This document shows, piece by piece, positions 51,843 through 61,842 of a stretch of 64,000 bases of DNA; within the stretch, counting starts at the first letter, position 1; each line of letters opens with the position of its first letter. The notes under the pieces are model-generated. The model did not search any database. It had not been told where the DNA came from and was given only the letters and a program-made list of their open reading frames with translations. A program made the position numbers and the translations under genes. Origin of the DNA: Flavobacteriales bacterium (GTDB lineage: Bacteria; Bacteroidota; Bacteroidia; Palsa-965); NCBI GenBank assembly GCA_040377305.1, contig JBEIPA010000016.1:32001-96000 (forward strand), in the 5' to 3' direction.

Positions 51843-52715
51843 ATGAACAAGGCGCTAACCTTAAATGAATCTGACTTTCAACATGTGGAAACACAGAAAA
51901 TCAGAGAAGACAACATTCTCATTTTTCGTCACTACATCGATGGACAGAACAGGCTCAATGAAATTTCGGAGAGTATTCGTTACGCCAAGAATCTGCAGTC
52001 GGCTTTGTTTGTACGGGAACAAAATTTCAAAGATATTTTTCCGGATAGCTTCTATTTCAGCTGTCCTAAAGAAGAACTCACGGGTGACTTCGCCTGGGTG
52101 ACCAAAGTGGGATCGCGAACGATTGTGGCGGTTGCAGATTGTACGGGACATGGCATTCCTGGAGCCATGATGTCGATTCTCGGATTGAGTCTGCTGAATC
52201 AGGTTGTGCTGGAGGAACGGTGTTACGAACCTTCCATCATACTCAGACGCGTTGACATGAAAATGCAAACGACATTCAAAACCAATTCGGATTCCAGAAG
52301 TGGCTTTGATGGTATGGACATTGCTGTTTGCTGCATTGATTCACTCCGGCAGGAAATTACTTTCGCAGGTGCAATGCGTCCGTTGTGGTTTGTTCCCGGG
52401 AATGAGATCCAATCGCTTGCTGCAGCGCGTTATCCGATTGGCGGGATGCGCATGGAGAATCAACGATTGTTTCCGCAAACGACTTTCAGTTACTCGTCGG
52501 GTGATATGATTTACATGTTCACTGATGGATATACGGATCAATTCGGAGGCGCGAATAATCAGAAGATCAGACGTGGACGACTGCGTGTGTTGATTCAACT
52601 GATACGCACGTACACTGCGAAGCAGCAGAAAGAACAGCTTCTGGAATTCTTTCACGTTTGGAAGGCCCACAATGCACAGACAGATGATGCGACTTTTGTA
52701 GGGATACGGTTGTGA
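51843..52715 (+). CDS. PP2C/SpoIIE family serine phosphatase
   Basis: TGDF, ADCTGHGIPGA, DGMD, FTDGYTDQFGG, QTDD. Confidence 0.92.
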   Translation: MNKALTLNESDFQHVETQKIREDNILIFRHYIDGQNRLNEISESIRYAKNLQSALFVREQNFKDIFPDSFYFSCPKEELTGDFAWVTKVGSRTIVAVADCTGHGIPGAMMSILGLSLLNQVVLEERCYEPSIILRRVDMKMQTTFKTNSDSRSGFDGMDIAVCCIDSLRQEITFAGAMRPLWFVPGNEIQSLAAARYPIGGMRMENQRLFPQTTFSYSSGDMIYMFTDGYTDQFGGANNQKIRRGRLRVLIQLIRTYTAKQQKEQLLEFFHVWKAHNAQTDDATFVGIRL

Positions 52716-52809
52716 GAACTGAGATCGGGGCTGTTGTGAGTCCTCAATTTACATGGTCAATAAACCGCAAAGGAATATGCCGCAGATTCGCAGATTGCGC
52801 AGATTAATA

Positions 52810-54639
52810 TTATTGCGAAACAATCTTCTCGGTAAACAGCACTGATCCATCTTCGCATTCGCCACGAACAAGATAGGAGCCCGGAGCGAGTCCTGCCGTG
52901 TTGAACGAGAGGATGTGTTTTCCTGCGCGGAAATTATCTTCGATCAGCACTTCGCACAAACGTCCTTGCATATCGTACACTGCGAAACGAATGTGTTTCA
53001 CGGTTGGAATCGCGAATGTGATGTTGATGTTATCAGCGAATGGATTCGGGAATACGGAGTGATCTGCAACCGGAGTTGATTCAGAAACTCCCACATCAGA
53101 CGATCGTCCGATTTCAGAAACCCAGGTTGCGTGCGTTCCATTTGATTGACCGAAGTATCCGTTTACCCAGCAGGTTCCGCCTGCATCGTAACGACGTTGA
53201 ATGCCGGTGTAATCTCCCCATCGTTCGTCGCCGGAGATTAAGCTAACTGGTCCGTTGCCTGCTTTCACCTGCAAACGACTCGACATGTCTCCTGTAGCAT
53301 CAACTACCATCACTGAGAAACCAGGATTGACAGTTGCGCTGGCGTGTAGAAACTGGATCATTGCCGTGTTGTCTGTGCCGTCGTAACCACACCATGCAAT
53401 GTTAGGATACCCGTAATGGAGCGCCGTATCGGAATAAATAAACGCAGCGAGCGTGGGTGATGACGAAGGATTTTGAATAACACCGTGGTATATTCCGTCG
53501 TTACCGGTTGCAGTATCGAGCGTTGCGCACACAAATTGAATCATGTTGTTCTCCATGAACGCGCCAAGAATCCGGGCATCATTTGTTTGAAGCATTCCTC
53601 CTGTTCCGGGTTGATCAGCAGGAATTGGTGCCCAATATGAAATGTTGCTCTCAAGCATTACAACTGAAACAGATTGCGTTGGAGAATTCGCAGTGTCGCT
53701 GATATGCACCAGGAAAATGGTGTCGTTGGATGCGTCAAGGTTTCTGTCAGAAACGAAATACATTCCTGGGCTAGTTGTAGGCAATGCACCTGCTTCAACC
53801 GGACATAAATTGCGAACCGGACGACCATTGGTGTTGATGCCTGAATGCAGTTCTGTTCGAATTGAATCGCCATTGTAACCGTCTGTTTTGTTGAGCTGCC
53901 AAACTACTGTTTCAACAAATCCGGTTTGCCAGGGTTGATTATCGTGCAACAAGTTTGCGGTGATGAAAAGCTCGTTGTTGTTGACTGCAATCATCGGGTA
54001 GTCTGTCCACAAGGAATCGCTGAACGGATTTCCCGGCAAGTCGTACAAATGCCAGGTTCCGTTAATAGAATCGGAATTCGAGAAGCCAACAAGAATGTGT
54101 GTGTTGTTTGAGAGATAGCCTGCGAGACAAACGAGGATGAACCGGTTTGCCTGTGGATCGTAAATAACTTTTGGGTCATACTTCCCTGCAGTTACTCCGA
54201 GACCACTGAAGAAAACAGAGAGCGACTGCAGACCAAGATTTGTACTTGTGTTTGTGTTGTAACGATACACATTACTGTTCTGCACAGAGAGAAGCTGTCC
54301 GTTGTTTCCGATTGCAACTTCGTTATCTGTTGGTGTTCCGTTGTTGAAGCCATTTGCCTGAAACGCCTGTCCGATAGTTGGCGTTGGTAATGTAGCAACA
54401 CGCGGTTGCGAATTTCCTTCGCGGTTTGCATAGATATTCGCGAGGCTGTCCTTTGTCCGCAGAAAACCTGTAGAGCTTTGCGCGGGACGTTCAATACAAC
54501 GCACAACAACATTCGGGTCGGGGCGTTCAACACCATCGTTTACACCGGTACACGGAATAACAAAAGAAGTGCGTGCAGGATGCTGAGCGAATACAACCAC
54601 AGATGTGACGAGGCTGATTGCGAGTAGAGCTTTTCTCAT
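52810..54639 (-). CDS. T9SS type A cargo protein, function unknown
   Basis: Signal peptide, YDPKVIYDP, WTDYP, RWGDYTG, FPNPF CTD. Confidence 0.82.
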   Translation of the reverse strand: MRKALLAISLVTSVVVFAQHPARTSFVIPCTGVNDGVERPDPNVVVRCIERPAQSSTGFLRTKDSLANIYANREGNSQPRVATLPTPTIGQAFQANGFNNGTPTDNEVAIGNNGQLLSVQNSNVYRYNTNTSTNLGLQSLSVFFSGLGVTAGKYDPKVIYDPQANRFILVCLAGYLSNNTHILVGFSNSDSINGTWHLYDLPGNPFSDSLWTDYPMIAVNNNELFITANLLHDNQPWQTGFVETVVWQLNKTDGYNGDSIRTELHSGINTNGRPVRNLCPVEAGALPTTSPGMYFVSDRNLDASNDTIFLVHISDTANSPTQSVSVVMLESNISYWAPIPADQPGTGGMLQTNDARILGAFMENNMIQFVCATLDTATGNDGIYHGVIQNPSSSPTLAAFIYSDTALHYGYPNIAWCGYDGTDNTAMIQFLHASATVNPGFSVMVVDATGDMSSRLQVKAGNGPVSLISGDERWGDYTGIQRRYDAGGTCWVNGYFGQSNGTHATWVSEIGRSSDVGVSESTPVADHSVFPNPFADNINITFAIPTVKHIRFAVYDMQGRLCEVLIEDNFRAGKHILSFNTAGLAPGSYLVRGECEDGSVLFTEKIVSQ

Positions 54640-54648
54640 TGGAACAAG

Positions 54649-55626
54649 TTACGAAATTGGAACAGCATCGTCGAACGCCGACACCGAAATTTCATTCATG
54701 CATTTAAAATGGCCAAGCGGACACTCCGTATAGCCTAATTTAGAACAAGGTCGGCAACGCAATCCTTTTACTTCGATGATGCGCGAGCCTTCTCCGGGCA
54801 GATAGGGATACATTCCAAAATCAGGAACTGTATTTCCCCACACGGAGTAAATTTTCTTTTTGAATGCGGAAGCGATGTGCATCAATCCGGTGTCGTGAGA
54901 GACAACCAGATCCGCTTGTTGTACCAGTGATGCTGACTGATCAAGATTGTATTTCCCACATACATTGTATACCAGTGATCCGCATTCGGCGGCGATGCGT
55001 TCTCCTTTTTCAATTTCGTCTTTGCCGCCGAGAAGCACTACCGGTTTATTCAGGTGGCGAATTACACCAACCATTAAATCGTGGGGCATCTCTTTTGTAG
55101 CAAACTTAGCACCGGCTGTTATTGCGATGTACTCCCCGCGGTGGCTCACCGGAAAGTTGGTGCGGTCTACCATGTTGCTTCCCAAAATAAAATAATCGAG
55201 ACCTTTACCGTCGTTCTTGACTCCCAAAGGTTTTACCGCTTCGAAGTAACGATCGACAATATGTTTATCGGGCATGCGATTAATCCCCAGCTTGACGTAA
55301 AGGAATTTCTCGATGTTCAGTTTTGGAAACGATGCAGAAGGTGCGTTGCAAATTCTTTTCACCTGTGAAGAACGCAGGTTGTGATGGAGGTCGGCAACAA
55401 AGTCGAACTTAATTGCTTTCAGTTCAGCTTCTGCCTCACTCACTTTGGATTTGATGGTAATGACTTTGTGAACGTGCGGATTACTTGTGTAGATGCCTGC
55501 GAATACATCTTTTGTAATGACATAAATTTCTGCGTCAAGTTGGTTGTGCAAACAACGAATGACCGGGCTGGTGAGCACGATATCGCCGATTGAACTGAAA
55601 CGAATGACGAGAACTTTTTTACGCAT
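54649..55626 (-). CDS. Glycosyltransferase family 9 (heptosyltransferase-like)
   Basis: IRFSSIGDIVLT, HDTGLMHIA, CRPCSK. Confidence 0.92.
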   Translation of the reverse strand: MRKKVLVIRFSSIGDIVLTSPVIRCLHNQLDAEIYVITKDVFAGIYTSNPHVHKVITIKSKVSEAEAELKAIKFDFVADLHHNLRSSQVKRICNAPSASFPKLNIEKFLYVKLGINRMPDKHIVDRYFEAVKPLGVKNDGKGLDYFILGSNMVDRTNFPVSHRGEYIAITAGAKFATKEMPHDLMVGVIRHLNKPVVLLGGKDEIEKGERIAAECGSLVYNVCGKYNLDQSASLVQQADLVVSHDTGLMHIASAFKKKIYSVWGNTVPDFGMYPYLPGEGSRIIEVKGLRCRPCSKLGYTECPLGHFKCMNEISVSAFDDAVPIS

Positions 55627-55652
55627 CACACAAATTTACAGTTTACGACAAT

Positions 55653-55687
55653 AAAAAAGGCGCTCAAGCCTGTGAAGGTGAGCGCCT
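55653..55687 (-). terminator. Rho-independent terminator
   Basis: aggcgctca...tgagcgcct plus T run on the minus strand. Confidence 0.75.
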
Positions 55688-55704
55688 CAATATTTGATCG
55701 CAGA

Positions 55705-56142
55705 TTATTTTGCTTTCAAGTGGTACTCGTGTACTGTAGAACCACCTTTGTCTTTCATCCAGAACTCTTTGTTCTTCAGACGAACGATCACTGAAGTATC
55801 AGGATCAGAACCAGACTGGTTAGACAAAGTCTTGATTTCTTCTTTGTCTGTGATGAATTCCCAAGTACCAGCATCGTTAATTGTTCCGATGATAGTAGTT
55901 ACAGAAATTGAATACGTTCCGTCTTTCTCGTAAACGTAAGTTTCAGAAGTTACACCCTGACGGTAGTCAGAAGTTTTGTCAACTCCGTTTTCCCAGTATG
56001 ATTCAACTTCCCAAGTGCCTGCAACACGCATTTTCTTAGTAAGTAAAGTCAAAGCTGGACCTTCTTCATACTTCTTGCAAGAAGTAAGACAGATACCGCC
56101 GATCATTAGGGCAGCAACTGAAAGCAATGCAATTTTTTTCAT
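55705..56142 (-). CDS. Lipocalin-like lipoprotein
   Basis: Lipobox LTSC-KK, two GTWE motifs. Confidence 0.8.
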   Translation of the reverse strand: MKKIALLSVAALMIGGICLTSCKKYEEGPALTLLTKKMRVAGTWEVESYWENGVDKTSDYRQGVTSETYVYEKDGTYSISVTTIIGTINDAGTWEFITDKEEIKTLSNQSGSDPDTSVIVRLKNKEFWMKDKGGSTVHEYHLKAK

Positions 56143-56290
56143 GTTTAGTTTTCTCAATGGGTTAACTCTGTTTGTGCTTCCCTTAGAAGCGGGTCAAAGG
56201 TAGTGAAAGGGAGCACAGGAAAAACCGTGATTTTTGATCGAAAATCAGTTGAATTTGACTGAAAACCCGCTTGGGATCGTAAATTCGCGC

Positions 56291-57061
56291 ATGGTTCTAA
56301 CCGACACGCACGCACACCTTTATTCTACCAAGTTTACGGGCGACAGTGATGCGATGATTTCACGCTGTTTTGAAGCTGGCGTTACTCGCGTTTTTTTACC
56401 GGCCATTGACTCTTCGACCCACGATGCGCAGGATGAAGTGCAGGCGAAGTATTCCGACAAACTATTTTCAATGATGGGTTTGCATCCATGTTCAGTAGAA
56501 CCTGGTTCAATTGAAAATGAATTGGCGGCGATCCGTAAACGATTAGATTCCGGTAAATATGTTGCAGTCGGAGAAATCGGAATTGACTTGTACTGGGATA
56601 AGACCCATTTGAAATTGCAGCAGGAATCTTTTGCAAAGCATATCGATTGGGCACTGGAGATGGATTTACCCATTTGCATTCACTCGAGAAGTGCGTTCAA
56701 CGAGTGTTTTGAAATTGTGCAGGCTAAACAGAACGGCAAGTTGCGTGGTGTGTTTCATTGTTTCTCCGACGGAATTTCCGAAGCGCAAAAGGTGATTGAT
56801 GTTGGCTTTTATATGGGAATTGGCGGAGTTGTGACTTTTAAAAATTCCGGTCTTGACAAAGTGGTTGAAGCATTTTCACTCGAGCATATTGTGTTGGAAA
56901 CCGATGCGCCTTACCTTGCACCTGTTCCTCATCGCGGGCAGAGAAATGAAAGCAGTTATCTGGCCCATGTGGCGCAGAAGATAGCCGATGTGAAAAAGAT
57001 AGCGATTGAAGAAGTTGCAGCCATTACTACAGAGAATTCCAAGAAACTATTCCGCATTTAA
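56291..57061 (+). CDS. TatD family hydrolase
   Basis: DTHAH, GEIGID, IHSR, FHCF, LETDAPY. Confidence 0.93.
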   Translation: MVLTDTHAHLYSTKFTGDSDAMISRCFEAGVTRVFLPAIDSSTHDAQDEVQAKYSDKLFSMMGLHPCSVEPGSIENELAAIRKRLDSGKYVAVGEIGIDLYWDKTHLKLQQESFAKHIDWALEMDLPICIHSRSAFNECFEIVQAKQNGKLRGVFHCFSDGISEAQKVIDVGFYMGIGGVVTFKNSGLDKVVEAFSLEHIVLETDAPYLAPVPHRGQRNESSYLAHVAQKIADVKKIAIEEVAAITTENSKKLFRI

Positions 57062-57062
57062 T

Positions 57063-58085
57063 ATGGCAAAGCGTCCGAACATTCTACTCATTTATACTGG
57101 CGGCACTATCGGTATGATCCGCGATGTAAAATCAGGTCAGCTGAAGCCCTTCAACTTTGCGCGCTTGCTGGATGAAATTCCGGAACTGTCGAAATTCAAC
57201 GTAGACATTCACACATACAGTTTTGCCGAGCCCATTGATTCGTCGGATATGCAACCGGAAATCTGGGTGGAACTTGCAGAACTGATCGGCAAGAATTACA
57301 ACAAGCACGACGGTTTTGTAATTCTCCACGGTTCGGATACAATGGCGCATACAGCATCGGCGTTAAGTTTCATGCTCGAGAATTTGTCAAAGCCGGTTGT
57401 ATTAACCGGATCCCAGTTGCCGATCGGAACAATCCGTACTGACGGAAAAGAAAACCTGATTACGGCCATTGAAATTGCATCGGCACAGAAAAAAGGAAAA
57501 GCAATCGTTCCGGAAGTCTGCATTTATTTTGAATACAGCCTGTATCGCGGTAATCGTTCGAACAAATTCAATGCAGAACATTTCCGTGCGTTTCAATCGG
57601 CGAATTATCCGTTGCTCGCTGAAGCAGGTGTGAGCATCAACTACAACACAGCACACATTGCTCCTTCGGCTAAAGGGAAACTAAAAGTTCACACCAAACT
57701 CGATCGTAACGTGGCGGTGCTGAAAATGTTCCCGGGAATTACGCCTGAGGTTGTGAATGCAATTTTGTTTGCAGACAAAGTGAAAGCAATTGTTCTTGAA
57801 ACGTACGGATCGGGCAATGTCACAACGCAAAAGTGGTTTATTGATTCGCTCGCGGTAGCTATAAAGAAAGGACGAATCATATTGAACGTTACACAATGTG
57901 CAGCAGGAAGAGTTGAGCAGGGCCGTTATCAAACGAGTGCGCAGCTTGATAAAATAGGCGTTGTGGGCGGTGCAGATATGACAACGGAAGCTGCGGTGAT
58001 TAAGCTCATGTTTTTGTTGGGACAAAAGTCTAAGAATATGAAGAAGGAACTTGCACGTTCGTTGCGTGGGGAATTAACAACATAA
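57063..58085 (+). CDS. ansA: Type I L-asparaginase
   Basis: YTGGTIGM, HGSDTMA, TGSQLP. Confidence 0.9.
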   Translation: MAKRPNILLIYTGGTIGMIRDVKSGQLKPFNFARLLDEIPELSKFNVDIHTYSFAEPIDSSDMQPEIWVELAELIGKNYNKHDGFVILHGSDTMAHTASALSFMLENLSKPVVLTGSQLPIGTIRTDGKENLITAIEIASAQKKGKAIVPEVCIYFEYSLYRGNRSNKFNAEHFRAFQSANYPLLAEAGVSINYNTAHIAPSAKGKLKVHTKLDRNVAVLKMFPGITPEVVNAILFADKVKAIVLETYGSGNVTTQKWFIDSLAVAIKKGRIILNVTQCAAGRVEQGRYQTSAQLDKIGVVGGADMTTEAAVIKLMFLLGQKSKNMKKELARSLRGELTT

Positions 58086-58088
58086 TGA

Positions 58089-58481
58089 ATGGGGCAGATA
58101 ACAGAACATCACGCGACCGTGCGTATGGATTATGATGGAGAAGGAATTCTTGTTGCGACGATTAACGACGATATCGAGCTTACCCTTCAGGATATTTTGG
58201 ATCACCGGGAAATCGCAGCACGGCTTACCAGGAATGAACCGCATTGCGTATTAGCGATTGCAGGAGAACGTACACAAGCAACTCAGGAAGCACGGGAATA
58301 TGCTGCGAACAATGTCCCGATTGGACGAATTGCGGAAGCAGTTGTCATCAAATCACTCACGGTTCGTATTCTCGGAAATTTTTACTTGCAGTTTCACAAG
58401 CCCGGCGTACCTACCAAAATGTTTGATGATCGGTATGAGGCTATGACCTGGCTGAAGTTGCAATTGAAGCGGGTATCCTGA
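58089..58481 (+). CDS. STAS/SEC14-like (SpoIIAA-like) small protein
   Basis: EAREY, AEAVVI, PTKMF..EAMTWL pattern. Confidence 0.65.
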   Translation: MGQITEHHATVRMDYDGEGILVATINDDIELTLQDILDHREIAARLTRNEPHCVLAIAGERTQATQEAREYAANNVPIGRIAEAVVIKSLTVRILGNFYLQFHKPGVPTKMFDDRYEAMTWLKLQLKRVS

Positions 58482-58486
58482 AATAA

Positions 58487-58726
58487 TGTTAATTGTCATC
58501 CCTCGGTACATCGATATTTTCAACTGCTCTGCAGAAATGGGAGACTACTCGGTTTGACAAATCACAAACAAAAAGCCTCCGGTTAAGGAGGCTTGTGTTA
58601 CGTGTTAATTGTCACTCCTCGGTACGTCTATATTTTGAACGAGCTGCTCCGCAGAAATTTCAGACTACTCGGCCTGACAAATCACAAAAAAAGCCTCCGG
58701 TTAAGGAGGCTTGTGTTACGTGTTAA
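58487..58726. repeat. Tandem duplication of a 116-118 bp unit containing a terminator hairpin
   Basis: Units 58487-58602 and 58603-58720; identical aaaaagcctccggttaaggaggcttgtgttacgtgttaa. Confidence 0.92.
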
Positions 58727-58933
58727 ATAGAACAGCAATTTTCAGTTTTCACTTCTGTTGTTGTTCAAATAACAGATAACTCTGTTTAAAGACATTCGAA
58801 ATGTGTGCCAAAATCACAACTCTTCGCTTACAGGCAGTTCCTGAAGTTTTGAATTGAGAATCCGTAGCGAGGAATACACAAATCGGGAAGTCATATCCCT
58901 TCGTAAAAGTTCTATATTTGCGTCCCTCAATCA

Positions 58934-59020
58934 GGAGACGTGTCCGAGTGGTTGAAGGAGCACGCCTGGAAAGTGTGTATACGGGAAACCGTATCATGAG
59001 TTCGAATCTCATCGTCTCCG
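58934..59020 (+). tRNA. tRNA-Ser(GGA)
   Basis: Acceptor ggagacg/cgtctcc, anticodon arm cacgc-ctGGAaa-gtgtg, long variable arm, ttcgaat T-loop; CCA not encoded. Confidence 0.96.
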
Positions 59021-59039
59021 CAAATGAATCAGTAAACGC

Positions 59040-59070
59040 GCCCCGCTTTTTTAGCGGGGCTTTTTATTTT
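59040..59070 (+). terminator. tRNA terminator
   Basis: gccccgct/agcggggc plus T run. Confidence 0.8.
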
Positions 59071-59178
59071 TCGGACAAACGCATCGATCGTGCCCGAAAG
59101 CGGTTGGGCGGAAAGTAAAAAATAGCGCAGCGGGCGTTTAACGGATCCTCAACGTGGGAGTACAGAGATCACGGAAGT

Positions 59179-59196
59179 AATCTCATCGTCTCCGCA
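59179..59196 (+). repeat. Direct repeat of the tRNA-Ser 3' end
   Basis: aatctcatcgtctccgca identical to 59005-59022. Confidence 0.92.
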
Positions 59197-59240
59197 GAAA
59201 CAGGAAGCCCAGCTGTATTAGCCGGGCTTTGTTTTTATAA

Positions 59241-60122
59241 TTACAGTTTAGTAGGGCTTCTCTTCAGCAAATTCCTCAGCGTAAACACCGCACCCACACT
59301 CACAACGAGAGATATTGCACCCAGAATGTAAGTTGTTTCCGCTTTCGCCCACCACGATTCGGGATTGTGCTGAACGAAATAGAGGTTGATGATGCCGAAT
59401 GCGTTGAATATAAAGTGTCCGGCTATTGATAAGCGTAGACTTCCCGACCACCAGAAAAAATAACCGAGTGCAACTCCCAGAATGAATCGCGCTAAAAATC
59501 CGAATGGATCAATGTGCAACAAGCTGAAGATAAAAGCAGAGACAATGATAGCAACGTGTGGCTTCTGCGTCCACTCGAGAAGAAGCTGCTGAACCGCACC
59601 ACGAAAAAATAATTCTTCGCAAATAGCAGGTGCTAATGCAGATACAAGCAGGAACACGAGCAAGTCAAGAATCCCCGGCATTTGCTGCGCCCAACTGGAA
59701 AACTCAATGCTTTGTTGACGCTCTGCCACCCAATTCGGATCGGTAATCAGTCCGATGTTCCAGCGCTCAACAATGTCAATGAAGAACACGGAAGCTAGAA
59801 TCGCGAAGCAGGCGATGATAACCGGTGTGATACTTACTTTGCGATGCAGCTTGTAATAATCGAAGCGCTCGGGAAGAACTGCATTTGCAAAAATCAACAA
59901 CGGAACGATGAACGTGAACACCGTAAAAAATCCGTTCACCAATTTGGCAATCATCGGAGTTGAAGTTTCCGGAGAAACGCTCAGCCAGGAAAAAGCGGAA
60001 AATTTTGCAAATAGAATAATCACGCCGTAACAACCGAAATGCAGTGCTACGAGCAGCCACAATTTCATTCCGGGCGTGCTGAAAAGGGGCGTAATCGGGC
60101 GTTCTTGATCGTTCTGCTCCAC
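59241..60122 (-). CDS. CPBP family intramembrane metalloprotease
   Basis: EELFFRG, FSLLH, HFIFN; start uncertain. Confidence 0.88.
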   Translation of the reverse strand: MEQNDQERPITPLFSTPGMKLWLLVALHFGCYGVIILFAKFSAFSWLSVSPETSTPMIAKLVNGFFTVFTFIVPLLIFANAVLPERFDYYKLHRKVSITPVIIACFAILASVFFIDIVERWNIGLITDPNWVAERQQSIEFSSWAQQMPGILDLLVFLLVSALAPAICEELFFRGAVQQLLLEWTQKPHVAIIVSAFIFSLLHIDPFGFLARFILGVALGYFFWWSGSLRLSIAGHFIFNAFGIINLYFVQHNPESWWAKAETTYILGAISLVVSVGAVFTLRNLLKRSPTKL

Positions 60123-60245
60123 TGGTGCGAAATGCGTAAATTTGCTGCGCAAAGGTAACTGTTTTGTATCTACACCTCACCCCAACCCCACTCTAAGGGA
60201 AAGGGGCTAGTTCCCGGTCGTAATTACAAAACTCCGTTTCCACTC

Positions 60246-61235
60246 ATGGTTAAAATCGGCAACATAACACTTCCGGATTTTCCGTTGTTACTCGCTCCCA
60301 TGGAGGACGTGAGTGATCCGCCTTTCCGTTATGTGTGCAAACAATTCGGAGCCGATCTCATGTACACCGAATTCATTTCTTCGGAAGGATTGATTCGTGA
60401 TGCCATCAAGAGCAGAAAGAAACTCGACATTTTCGATTATGAGCGCCCGGTGGGAATTCAGATTTTCGGTGGAGATGAAGAAGCGATGGCGCTCTCGGCA
60501 AAAATTGTGGACGCAGTTCAGCCTGATCTGCTCGACATCAACTTCGGTTGTCCCGTGAAGAAAGTGGTTTGCAAAGGAGCCGGCGCCGGTGTATTGAAAG
60601 ATATTGATCTCATGGTGCGACTCACTTCTGCTGTTGTTAAATCAACATCACTACCCGTCACCGTGAAAACACGTTTGGGATGGGATGAGAGCACGAAGAA
60701 CATCATGGAAGTTGCAGAGCGTTTGCAGGATGTTGGTGTGAAAGCACTTTCCATTCACGGTCGCACGCGCATGCAGATGTACAAAGGTGAAGCGGACTGG
60801 ACACTCATCGGAGAAGTAAAAAATAATCCCCGCATTCAGATGCCGATTTTCGGAAACGGAGATATTGATTCTCCTGAGAAAGCAATTGAAATGAAAAACC
60901 GTTACGGAGTAGACGGAGTGATGATTGGTCGCGCGAGCATTGGTTATCCGTGGATCTTCAACGAGATCAAACATTTCATGGAAACAGGAACACACCTTGC
61001 TCCGCCTACATTGCACGATCGGGTGAACGTGTGTCGCACGCATTTGGAAAGATCGATTGAGTGGAAAGGTGAGCACACAGGTATTACCGAGATGCGACAG
61101 CACTACAGCAATTACTTCAAAGGCATTCCGCATTTCAAAGAATACAGAATGAAGTTGGTGACGTTGATGGAGAAGGAAGGGTTGCTGGAGGTTTTACGTG
61201 AGATTGAAGACCGGAGTATAATCGAAATCAAATGA
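60246..61235 (+). CDS. dusB: tRNA dihydrouridine synthase DusB
   Basis: LAPMEDVSD, DINFGCP, IHGRTR, GNGDI, GVMIGR. Confidence 0.94.
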   Translation: MVKIGNITLPDFPLLLAPMEDVSDPPFRYVCKQFGADLMYTEFISSEGLIRDAIKSRKKLDIFDYERPVGIQIFGGDEEAMALSAKIVDAVQPDLLDINFGCPVKKVVCKGAGAGVLKDIDLMVRLTSAVVKSTSLPVTVKTRLGWDESTKNIMEVAERLQDVGVKALSIHGRTRMQMYKGEADWTLIGEVKNNPRIQMPIFGNGDIDSPEKAIEMKNRYGVDGVMIGRASIGYPWIFNEIKHFMETGTHLAPPTLHDRVNVCRTHLERSIEWKGEHTGITEMRQHYSNYFKGIPHFKEYRMKLVTLMEKEGLLEVLREIEDRSIIEIK

Positions 61236-61840
61236 AGCATTCGTTGCTGATTTTGATTGCCGCAAGTGCATGTTTTTTCGCATGCAATTCGTCTTCATCC
61301 GATTCTCCACCACTTGTTGATCTTTCTTCAACCGACACTGCGCTGCCTCAAAGCCCCGCTCTTCGTGAGATGATTCTTGCCCTGGAGGCTGCTCCTGTGA
61401 AAGAAATTGACAGCGCGAATCACATACCTGAATTCATTCTCTCCTATCTCGATTCAATTACGGAAGGATTCTCCATTGCGGAGAAGGATGAAGACTGGCA
61501 GAGTACATGTGTATGGGGTAAAACAACAATGATTACCAAAACTCTGGACCCTCAGAGTGGCGATACTATTACTATCACCACCTACGATACCATCCCTCCT
61601 CCTACACGACAATTCGTTTGTTTTGCGATGGGTGAACATGTTGCAATGCTTAGTTATAAGACAGGAGGATTTGGCGTGATGCAACACGTAATCCTTTTTA
61701 TGTTTGAGGACTTGCGAATTATATCTGTCTGGCATCAGGGTGTTGAAACCGATTTGACCACGAATAAGGAAATTTTATACTTTCTGAAACACAATGAAGA
61801 ACGCATCTGGTCAATGTCGGCCGGAAGCTCCATCCTGTAA
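61232..61840 (+). CDS. Hypothetical lipoprotein
   Basis: Lipobox FFAC; coupled to dusB (ATGA overlap). Confidence 0.7.
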   Translation: MKHSLLILIAASACFFACNSSSSDSPPLVDLSSTDTALPQSPALREMILALEAAPVKEIDSANHIPEFILSYLDSITEGFSIAEKDEDWQSTCVWGKTTMITKTLDPQSGDTITITTYDTIPPPTRQFVCFAMGEHVAMLSYKTGGFGVMQHVILFMFEDLRIISVWHQGVETDLTTNKEILYFLKHNEERIWSMSAGSSIL

Positions 61841-61842
61841 TT

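Noticed and set aside
58487-58726. CRISPR array or 77-aa ORF (58493-58726)
   Set aside because: Only two units, the inter-repeat parts are homologous rather than unique spacers, and no cas genes are present; the ORF simply reads through the repeat and hairpins.
58749-59118. ORFs 58749-59012 (-) and 58918-59118 (+)
   Set aside because: They overlap the tRNA-Ser gene.
59023-59178. Intact prophage or genomic island at tRNA-Ser
   Set aside because: Only ~156 bp lie between the repeats and no integrase occurs in the window.
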